Shown: positions 20,773 through 28,669 of the stretch, in pieces
How positions within the stretch are numbered: the stretch's first letter is position 1
How the letters are laid out: each line of letters opens with the position of its first letter
Source of the DNA: an uncultured Candidatus Binatia bacterium
GTDB lineage: Bacteria; Desulfobacterota; Binatia; Bin18
Length of the DNA: 64,000 nt
Direction of reading: 5' to 3'
NCBI GenBank assembly: GCA_965214605.1
Contig: OZ243961.1
Coordinates: 3,648,001-3,712,000, forward strand
Program-made: the position numbers and the translations under genes
The notes under the pieces: generated by a model
What the model was told of the DNA's origin: nothing
Database searches by the model: none
The model's input: the letters and a program-made list of their open reading frames with translations, nothing else

Positions 20773-22104
20773 TTAGCGCAGACTGAGCTCCTCCAGCGGT
20801 CCCCTGTCAGATACCGGAGCCGGTGACACACCGGCCTGTAGGGCGACAGATCCCGGTGGACGTTGGTATGAATCGGGCAAGTCTATTTCTTTGGCATACT
20901 CTCGCAGCTCGGGCATGATCTCAGTGGCGATCAGCCGCATGCTCGTCATCCGGTCTTCGTTGCTGACCTTGCCCTGAATATTAAAGAACACAAACACGCC
21001 CGGTCGCAGGATCTGGAGCAGGAGTTTGAGCTTGGGGATGACGGTCTTGGGCGAGCCGATGATAAGCTGGTGGTTGTGCTGCACTTTCTGATAGCCGGAC
21101 AGGAGTTTCTTGCGGACCACGTCGTAGTCGGTCTCCTGGCGCAACTCGCCGTCCTTGGCCTCCCGCAGCTTGTCCGGACTGACGCCTAGCCAACTCCCGC
21201 CCGGATGACGGGCCAGCATCTTGATCGCACCCTTGGAGTTATAGCCCGGCGGCAGAGTATGCTCGGGTCGCGAAAAGGCATTCTGCCCGCCGCCATACAC
21301 AAAATTTCTGCCCAGTTCCTGGGCTTTTTCGTCGGTTTCGGCCACAAAGCTAGGAATCAGATAGCCAAAATTTTCCGGGCCGGCCTGGTAGCCGAGCTTG
21401 GCCGCCTCATCGGCATATATATCCCACAGATCACACGTTGGGCCGAGGGCGGTGCCGAGGCCGATATAGGGGTAGCGGTGCTGGGCGCACCAGCGCACGG
21501 TCTCCGGGCTCAGGACGCCCGGAATCCACATTGGGGGGTGTGGCTTTTGGTAGGGGAGGGCCCACGGGTTAACGTGGCGGTAGTGAAAATGTTTGCCCTC
21601 GTAGCGCCACGGGCCGGGCTTGGTCCAGGCTTGGACGATGAAGTCGTGGGCCTCGTTGAACATTTCGCGGTTGTAGGCCGGATTGGCATTATTAAAAAAC
21701 TGCTCGCTGCCCGCTCCACGCACCCAACCCGTCACCAGCCGCCCGCGCGAGATAAGATCAATCTCGGCCAGTTCCTCAGCCATGCGGAGCGGGTGTTTAA
21801 TGACCGGCAGAGGGTTGCCGATGAGGACGATTTTGACCCTGTTGGTAATACGCGCCAGGATAGACGCCTCGACGTTCATCACGCTGCCCATGCAGAACGG
21901 GTTGCCGTGGTGTTCATTGAGGGCCACCGCGTCAAAGCCCAGCTCCTCGGCGTAGCAGTATTCGTCCAAGAAATAGTTGTAGTCGTCGGCAGCCTTGTGG
22001 CGGTCGAAATGTCGATTCGACAGGGCAAAAAAGGCTTTGTTTTTGAGGACCTCGTCCTCATCGATCCAGCGGTACGGCCGCTCGGTGAAATAGGCGAGTT
22101 TCAT
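20773..22104 (-). CDS. LLM-class (luciferase-like) flavin-dependent oxidoreductase
   Basis: AEELGFD..NEHH, PLRMAEELAEIDLISRGRL, PYQKPHPPMW. Confidence 0.9.
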   Translation of the reverse strand: MKLAYFTERPYRWIDEDEVLKNKAFFALSNRHFDRHKAADDYNYFLDEYCYAEELGFDAVALNEHHGNPFCMGSVMNVEASILARITNRVKIVLIGNPLPVIKHPLRMAEELAEIDLISRGRLVTGWVRGAGSEQFFNNANPAYNREMFNEAHDFIVQAWTKPGPWRYEGKHFHYRHVNPWALPYQKPHPPMWIPGVLSPETVRWCAQHRYPYIGLGTALGPTCDLWDIYADEAAKLGYQAGPENFGYLIPSFVAETDEKAQELGRNFVYGGGQNAFSRPEHTLPPGYNSKGAIKMLARHPGGSWLGVSPDKLREAKDGELRQETDYDVVRKKLLSGYQKVQHNHQLIIGSPKTVIPKLKLLLQILRPGVFVFFNIQGKVSNEDRMTSMRLIATEIMPELREYAKEIDLPDSYQRPPGSVALQAGVSPAPVSDRGPLEELSLR

Positions 22105-22123
22105 GGTTTCCTCTTGTGCCGGT

Positions 22124-22909
22124 CTATGACGCTAGGTAGGCTTTGACGATTCGGACGAACTCGGCTGAGTTCTCAATTTCTGGTCGATGGCCCACCCCTT
22201 GGATGGTGGCGACCTCAGCATTAGCAATGACTTTTTTATAGGCATCAATACAGCTTTTGGGAACGAGGGCATCGGCACTCCCCCATACCAGCAGGGCGGA
22301 CAAGCCTTTTGCTCCCTCTAGCAGATAGGGCAGGCTAGGATTGTGCATATACGGCTCCCAGCCGATTCGAGCGGCCTCTGCGCGGGCGTCCTCAAACGCC
22401 TCAAACTGCTCCGGAGTCATTTCTCCACCGTAGATATCTCCAAACTCGGGCGTGTTGATATCGGCAACCGTGGCCCGCATGTGGGTGCGGATAGTCAGTG
22501 GGAAGATGTCGGTAATCTCGCCCTCTTCTGGCTTGATACCCATGGGCGCGACCAGGACCAAGTGCTTGAACATGTCGGGATCGGCTGCAACCATTTCGGC
22601 GGCGGCATAGCCACCGGCGGAAAAGGCAATGGCGTCAACCGGCTCCAGGCCCATTTCCCGAATCATGCGGGCGTAAAAACCGCCCAGGTCGCGGTAGGTG
22701 CGTATCCAGTCCACACGTGGGGTCTTGCCGCAGCCCGGCTGTAAGGGAATCACAAACTCATGCTCCTCGGCCAGCGCCTCATTCCATTTGACCCAACCGG
22801 GAAAGCCGAGCTCGTCGTGAAGCATAAAAAGCGGCTTGCCAGAACCACCTCTGATAAGTACAACGTCGGTCCCACCGACATTGACCGTTGTTTCGGTCCA
22901 GTTTGCCAA
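22124..22909 (-). CDS. Alpha/beta fold hydrolase
   Basis: Nucleophile elbow AFSAGG, WGSAD, GHRPEIE; probable TTG start after AGGAGG. Confidence 0.85.
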   Translation of the reverse strand: MANWTETTVNVGGTDVVLIRGGSGKPLFMLHDELGFPGWVKWNEALAEEHEFVIPLQPGCGKTPRVDWIRTYRDLGGFYARMIREMGLEPVDAIAFSAGGYAAAEMVAADPDMFKHLVLVAPMGIKPEEGEITDIFPLTIRTHMRATVADINTPEFGDIYGGEMTPEQFEAFEDARAEAARIGWEPYMHNPSLPYLLEGAKGLSALLVWGSADALVPKSCIDAYKKVIANAEVATIQGVGHRPEIENSAEFVRIVKAYLAS

Positions 22910-23040
22910 TGATTTTTCCTCCTTCATCTTTCTATAGAGCTTCCCTGAGTAGCAAATGGGCCTGTGCGCTGTCAACTCACAGGCTCTATGTTAAGGCGTC
23001 TCTTCTCTCGTACCTGGAAGTCAGCTATTAGGAAGAAGTG

Positions 23041-24168
23041 ATGCCGCAACTCCCGTTTTCCCGTTTTGAGGTCGTTCGGCCGACCGTTCGACGCATGCAC
23101 GGCTATGTGCCCGGTGAGCAGCCCCAGGAGTTGGACCGCTACATCAAGATCAATTCCAACGAGAATCCCTATCCTCCCTCGCCCCGTGTCTTGCGCGCTC
23201 TCCAAAGGGCGGTTGGATACGACCCACTCCGCCAAAACGTCCCCGATCAACAGGCGCTGCGCATCTATCCGAGTCCTAGTGCCGAAGACGTGCGCACCAA
23301 AGCGGCCGAGGTGTACGGCCTGGAGCCGGACCAGGTCTTGGTCGGCAACGGCTCGGACGACATTCTGACTATGCTGATGAGAACGTGTATTGACCCGGGC
23401 GACCGGGTCGCCTATCCGGTCCCGACCTATAGCCTGTACGACATTCTCGTGGCTATGCAGGACGGCCGGGCCGTCCAGGTGCCCTGGCCTGCGGATTTTT
23501 CCTTGCCGGTCCAGCGGTTGGTCGAGAGTCGGGCCAAGCTCGTCTTTGTTGCCAATCCCAATGCGCCGTTTGGCAATTTCACGTCTCTAGACCAGATCGA
23601 AGCCCTGGCTCAGCAGACCTCGGGTCTTGTTGTTATTGACGAAGCGTATGTGGATTTTGCCGAACAGACTGCGTTGCCTTTTATCGCCCGCTATCCCCAG
23701 GTGTTGATTGTACGGACCCTGTCCAAGTCTTTTTCTCTGGCCGGAATGCGGATCGGCCTGGCGTTTGGTCACCCTGCCCTGCTCGGCGAGCTGCTGAAGG
23801 TCAAGGATTCGTATAATATCAACCGCCTGAGCATGGTGGCGGCGGTAGCGGCGCTTGAGGACTCTGATTGGATGCGGACCAATGTGGCCAAGATCCGGGC
23901 GACGCGCGCACGGCTCGGTGCGGCCCTGCAAAAGCTCGGCTATTACGTCTATCCTTCGCAGGCGAATTTTGTTGTGGCGCGCATGCGTGGGGTCAGTCAG
24001 CGGGCGCTCTACGAGTGGTTGAAAGCACGGCGGATCCTGGTTCGCTATTTTTCCGCCCCCGAACTGAGCGACTGTGTACGTATTTCAATTGGAAGCGACG
24101 AGGACATCGATCAGCTTCTGGCCGCCATACACGAGTTTCTCGGCTCAGAGCAGGGCCGACTAGCGTAG
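23041..24168 (+). CDS. hisC: Histidinol-phosphate aminotransferase
   Basis: YVPGEQP, NSNENPYPPSP, GNGSDD, IDEAYVDF, PLP lysine in RTLSKSFSLAGMRIG. Confidence 0.9.
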   Translation: MPQLPFSRFEVVRPTVRRMHGYVPGEQPQELDRYIKINSNENPYPPSPRVLRALQRAVGYDPLRQNVPDQQALRIYPSPSAEDVRTKAAEVYGLEPDQVLVGNGSDDILTMLMRTCIDPGDRVAYPVPTYSLYDILVAMQDGRAVQVPWPADFSLPVQRLVESRAKLVFVANPNAPFGNFTSLDQIEALAQQTSGLVVIDEAYVDFAEQTALPFIARYPQVLIVRTLSKSFSLAGMRIGLAFGHPALLGELLKVKDSYNINRLSMVAAVAALEDSDWMRTNVAKIRATRARLGAALQKLGYYVYPSQANFVVARMRGVSQRALYEWLKARRILVRYFSAPELSDCVRISIGSDEDIDQLLAAIHEFLGSEQGRLA

Positions 24169-24194
24169 GGTGTTCCAGGCATTAGGGAGACGTC

Positions 24195-25241
24195 ATGAAA
24201 ATCTCACTCTTTCATTTACCCAGCTTTTTTCCCGAGTTTCACGAAAGCGATTACGACTTCTATCAAAACATCCTGCTGGAGACCGACAAGGCCGAGGCGT
24301 ACGGGTTTCATTCGGTCTGGTTTGCTGAACACCATTTTTACAACTACGGCGGCCATATTCCGTCGGTTCCGGTCTTAGGCACGGCCGTGGCCCAGCGGAC
24401 CAAGCGCATCCGGATCGGCTCGGGTATCGCGCTGCTGACGCTGCAAGACCCGATTCGGATTGCGGAGGAATTTGCGATGCTTGACTGCCTGTCGGGAGGG
24501 CGGCTGGAGTTTGGGATTGGCCGCGGCTTCCAAAAGGGGGAGTTTGACGCCTTTGAGCGCGACATGGGCGACAGTCGGCCGCTGTTTGAGGAAGCCCACG
24601 ACATTATTATGAAGGCCTGGACCGAACCCCGTTTCTCTTACCAGGGCAAATTCCGCACGGTCACCAATCTGCAAGTCCTGCCCAAACCGGTCCAAAAACC
24701 GCCCCCCATCTATGTGGCGTGCATCTTCACCCCAGAGTCTTTTGAATGGACTGGCAAACAGGGCTACCATCTCATGGTGGTGCCCTACGCCGCGGCCCAG
24801 CCCGAAGCCTTGATCGGCAAAATCAACCTGTTTCGTGACACGCGGACCGCCCACGGTTATCCGGACGACGCCGAAGTTCTGGGAGTCTACCACTTTTACT
24901 GCGGTGAGACGCCGGAAAAAGCCAGACAGGAGCCGCGGGCGGCCATGATGCGCTACCTCGAATCGGTCCAGGTCGCCAACCCAGAGGCAGCCTACTCTAG
25001 TCAGTACACCGCCTACAAAAACCTGCGCCAAGGCTTCCAGGCGATGGACTACGACAGCTATCTGTATCCCCAGCGGGTTATTTTTGGTGATCCGGACCAG
25101 TGCCTTGAGCGCATTCAACAGATCCAAGCCTCGGGCATAACCAATGTGAGTCTGTTGGCCGACTTTGGCGGCCTGCCCCGGCAACAGATCCTGGACTCGC
25201 TAGATCGGTTTGGCCAGCGCGTCCTGCCGCACCTTAAGTGA
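24195..25241 (+). CDS. LLM-class (luciferase-like) flavin-dependent oxidoreductase
   Basis: WFAEHHF, PIRIAEEFAMLDCLSGGRLEFGIGRG, PKPVQKPPP. Confidence 0.92.
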   Translation: MKISLFHLPSFFPEFHESDYDFYQNILLETDKAEAYGFHSVWFAEHHFYNYGGHIPSVPVLGTAVAQRTKRIRIGSGIALLTLQDPIRIAEEFAMLDCLSGGRLEFGIGRGFQKGEFDAFERDMGDSRPLFEEAHDIIMKAWTEPRFSYQGKFRTVTNLQVLPKPVQKPPPIYVACIFTPESFEWTGKQGYHLMVVPYAAAQPEALIGKINLFRDTRTAHGYPDDAEVLGVYHFYCGETPEKARQEPRAAMMRYLESVQVANPEAAYSSQYTAYKNLRQGFQAMDYDSYLYPQRVIFGDPDQCLERIQQIQASGITNVSLLADFGGLPRQQILDSLDRFGQRVLPHLK

Positions 25242-25254
25242 GAAGGAGACAAAC

Positions 25255-26379
25255 ATGAAAATCCACTATGCAAAAGGGACGGTGCCCAAACAGGCCCACG
25301 TCGCCATTCCTGAAGGGCTGTACGAAGAGGAGCACGGTCGGCAAGGATTTTTTGGTCCGGCCAGCCAGTTCTATCACACCCATCCGCCGACCGATTGGAA
25401 GCGGATTGAGGGACCCCTGCGGCCACGGGCGTTTCATGCCTATGACTTAGTGCCGACCGACCGCGACAGTCCGCGCGGTGAGCCCCTCCGGGTATTGCAC
25501 AACGACGATGTGAGTCTGTCCATCTCGCGCCGCTCAGAACCGATGCCCTACTGCTTTCGTAATGGAGACGGTGACGAGGTCCACTTTATTCATAAAGGCC
25601 GGGGGGTGTTGCAGAGCGATTTTGGGCCGCTGTCGTATGGCGAGGGGGACTATCTGGTGATTCCCAAAGGCACCAATTACCGCACCGTGCCGGCCAGCCG
25701 CGATAACTTCTCGCTGATTATTCAGTCGCGCGGCCCGATCGGCTTTCCCGACCGGGCCGGCGTCGGTCATTATGCGCCGTTTGACTATGACGTGATTGAA
25801 ATTCCTGAGCCCGGACCGGTGACCGAGCAGCGTGCTGAGTGGGAGCTGCGGGTAAAACGGCGTGGCGAGTATACGGCGATCTTTTACGATTTTTGCCCGC
25901 TCGACGTGGTGGGCTGGAAGGGGACTCACTCGGTGTTTAAGTTGAACGTCAAAGACTTTCGGCCGCTGATGAGTGAGGGCGTCCATCTGCCGCCTAGCGC
26001 CCACGGGACGTTTGAGGCCCCGGGATTTGTGATCTGTACCTTTGCCCCGCGTCCGCTTGAGGGCGATCCGCACGCCTTACGCGTGCCCTGGTATCATCGC
26101 AATATCGACTACGACGAGGTGTTTTTTGTCCACAGCGGAGAGTTTACCCTGAGCCGCAAGAGCGGCACCACACCGTATGGGGTGATTTCTCTGAATCCCC
26201 AAGGGCTCCACCACGGGCCGCAGCCCGGGGTATGGGAAAAGAGCGTCAAAAATTGGAAAAAGGACGCCCGACTGGAATTTGTCGCCATCAATCTGGACAC
26301 CGAACAGCCGCTTCACATGACGCAGGCGGCCTATGAGGTCGAGATACCAGGTTACGCCGATCTATGGGCGAAGACATGA
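25255..26379 (+). CDS. hmgA: Homogentisate 1,2-dioxygenase family protein
   Basis: EEHGRQGFFG, FRNGDGDE, DVVGWKG, HLPPSAH, Fe ligands in PWYHRNIDYDE and HHGP. Confidence 0.85.
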   Translation: MKIHYAKGTVPKQAHVAIPEGLYEEEHGRQGFFGPASQFYHTHPPTDWKRIEGPLRPRAFHAYDLVPTDRDSPRGEPLRVLHNDDVSLSISRRSEPMPYCFRNGDGDEVHFIHKGRGVLQSDFGPLSYGEGDYLVIPKGTNYRTVPASRDNFSLIIQSRGPIGFPDRAGVGHYAPFDYDVIEIPEPGPVTEQRAEWELRVKRRGEYTAIFYDFCPLDVVGWKGTHSVFKLNVKDFRPLMSEGVHLPPSAHGTFEAPGFVICTFAPRPLEGDPHALRVPWYHRNIDYDEVFFVHSGEFTLSRKSGTTPYGVISLNPQGLHHGPQPGVWEKSVKNWKKDARLEFVAINLDTEQPLHMTQAAYEVEIPGYADLWAKT

Positions 26380-26542
26380 ACATGTGACAGGACAAATCCA
26401 CGGCGGGCCGGGTGAGACCTAACGAGAAGCCAATAGATATCAACGCCGCTGCTGAGAGGGCTGGCGTTTCAGAATTGTCGACACCGGTGGTGGAGTTGGG
26501 AGTCTGAGATGCGTTCTTGACTCTGCAATGAGGAGGGTCCTG

Positions 26543-27391
26543 ATGGCCAATGTTTTCTCCACGATTAACCTGAAGGGAGGCGTTGGAAAAACCACAACCA
26601 CTGTAGCGCTCGCCGAGTTCATGTCGGGCAGACTCAACAAGAAAGTTCTCGTCGTCGATCTCGACCCACAGACAAACGCCACTGTTATGCTGATCGGAGA
26701 GGCAAAATGGCTTGATCTGCATAAGAAAGAATGGACGCTGGCTCGGTTGTTCAAAGACGCGCTCGACCCCAAGGAGAGAAGGTTCGATCTTGATAAGACA
26801 CTTCAGAGACAAGTATCAAACGTGCGGGAAGCGAGGACGATAGACCTGCTTCCATCAAGCCTTGACCTGATCGATGTTCAGGACCGTCTCGTCACGATCC
26901 CGTCTGGTCGATTCCACTCTGTGAACCCTGTAGAGCTTCTGTTGAGATCCGTGAAATCGCGCTTGGATGACTACGATATCGTTATCGTCGATTGCCCGCC
27001 CAATCTCGGTATTATTACGCTTAACGGCTTGCGTATTTCCCGTGGATTCGTAATTCCGACGATTCCGGATGTCTTATCCACCTACGGAATACCGCAGATT
27101 CTGACGCGAGTCCGCCAATTTTCAGAGGAGATAGCCGAAGAAATTGAACCTCTCGGCATTATCGTCACAAAATACCAGAGTAATTCAACAGTCCATGAAA
27201 ACACCGTCAGACAGCTGCGTGCTAAGGGCGATCCACAGGTGTTCAAATCGGTTATTACACAGGCAAATCAGTTCGCGGGAGCTGCTGAGTATTCTGGGCA
27301 GATGACTCTCAAGCAAAAGTGGGGATATCAGGGCCTTGCCAAGCAGTTCGCAAAGCTGGCTTGCGAAGTTGTTGCTACGTTGGAAGGCTAA
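26543..27391 (+). CDS. Orphan ParA/Soj-family ATPase
   Basis: Deviant Walker A KGGVGKTT, DLDPQTNAT, DCPPNLG; ATG 26543 after AGGAGG; lower GC than flanks. Confidence 0.9.
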   Translation: MANVFSTINLKGGVGKTTTTVALAEFMSGRLNKKVLVVDLDPQTNATVMLIGEAKWLDLHKKEWTLARLFKDALDPKERRFDLDKTLQRQVSNVREARTIDLLPSSLDLIDVQDRLVTIPSGRFHSVNPVELLLRSVKSRLDDYDIVIVDCPPNLGIITLNGLRISRGFVIPTIPDVLSTYGIPQILTRVRQFSEEIAEEIEPLGIIVTKYQSNSTVHENTVRQLRAKGDPQVFKSVITQANQFAGAAEYSGQMTLKQKWGYQGLAKQFAKLACEVVATLEG

Positions 27392-27394
27392 CAG

Positions 27395-27760
27395 ATGTTG
27401 CTTAAGAAAGCGTTGAGTGATCTGACAAAGGTTGTCAAGGTTGTCAGCGACGAGGCCGAACGGAATCCAGAGTTCGCGAAAAGACTTGAAGAGAGTCTGA
27501 ATCGTGATCATAAGAGAAAGCGCAGAAATCGGCGGGCGCCGGCAGTCCTTGACCCTGTCGCGCTTGCTGCCGAAGGTGAAGATGGACTCCGTTCACAGCT
27601 TGCTAGACTGAACCTCGACCAACTCAAGGACATTGTTGCCGAGTATGGCATGGACCCTAAAAAGTTAGTTATGAGATGGAAGAGGCCGGAGCGGGTGATC
27701 AACGTGATCGTTGAGTCTTCACTAGGGCGAGCTCGCAAGGGTGACGCTTTCCGCTCCTAA
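27395..27760 (+). CDS. Small basic hypothetical protein coupled to ParA
   Basis: Starts 3 bp after parA stop; helical, basic patch HKRKRRNRR; same low-GC composition. Confidence 0.75.
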   Translation: MLLKKALSDLTKVVKVVSDEAERNPEFAKRLEESLNRDHKRKRRNRRAPAVLDPVALAAEGEDGLRSQLARLNLDQLKDIVAEYGMDPKKLVMRWKRPERVINVIVESSLGRARKGDAFRS

Positions 27761-27789
27761 GCCGTGGTTCGGCTTCGGGTTCTGTGATT

Positions 27790-28100
27790 CCGACTCCTCC
27801 GCATCGGGCAGCTTCTCTGAGCGGGTAAGGGTAATGAGCGAGACTGGCAACGGAGCCAAGATGAACGCTGGGCTGGACGATAAACCGGAGTAGGTCTATG
27901 TTTTCGGCGCCGACAAGATCGGCGTTTTTTGTCCCTGGGATAAACCACGTCTGATACTTCTGGGTCAGCGTGCCTGTCGTGTCGAGTCGCGCGAGCGTGT
28001 TGTCCACTGACTACTTTCGTGATGACGTCCATCAGCGGGGTTTCGCCCGATGAAGCACGCGCGTTGACAGAGGCCCCTTCGGTCAAGCCCCGCTCGAGAC
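27790..28100 (-). pseudogene. Possible degraded ankyrin-repeat gene
   Basis: Fragments in different frames: LTEGASVNARASSGETPLMD and YPLREAARCG resemble the ankyrin consensus. Confidence 0.35.
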
Positions 28101-28202
28101 TGTCTGCATATAAACAGGCCGCTCCATTCGCTGCAGAGACTCTCCGTGCGCGATATGAAGGAGAACATGGCTGAGCCCGCTGGCCAGAATGTAGACACAG
28201 GA

Positions 28203-28317
28203 GTGTTCCATTTCCAGCAGCCGGGTGCGTTCTTGCTGTAAGCCACACTCAGAGGGTGGGGGGCGGCGTGGCTCGCGTAGGTGTTCCATTTCCAGCAGCC
28301 GGGTGCGTTCTTGCTGT
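28203..28317. repeat. Two exact 37-bp direct repeats separated by 41 bp
   Basis: GTGTTCCATTTCCAGCAGCCGGGTGCGTTCTTGCTGT at 28203-28239 and 28281-28317. Confidence 0.9.
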
Positions 28318-28669
28318 GGGAGTTCCGGACGGAGATATAGTTGCCAGTGATTGAATCAGATATGGATGGGGAGGGCAGGCTGCGCTTGGGGATACCGGCC
28401 ACTGTGTATCGCTGGAAGGGGCAGAGCAGAGAGCATATGACGCGTCTCTCCTATGTGAGCGCGAGAGGCCGGTCTACCAACATCTCCCCGATCTCCTCAA
28501 GTCTTGGCCCAGAGAGCAAAGACGGGTGGCTCCTGTGCTCAGCCGTCGATTTTAGTGCGCACCAATTCAGAGTTCTGCATGGTGAAGCCTCCGAACGGGA
28601 GGGCCGTTTTCGATGCCGGAGCCTCGGTTGCCGGGACTCCCCGGTTTGACTGCCTGTCCATGATCGTGC

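Noticed and set aside
21205-22146. Long antisense ORFs (e.g. 21205-22146, 24375-25184, 32126-32923, 51120-51887)
   Set aside because: Shadow frames of well-supported genes, expected in GC-rich DNA
28203-28317. Calling a CRISPR array
   Set aside because: Only two repeats, no cas genes or leader, and the period is a multiple of 3; kept as a plain repeat
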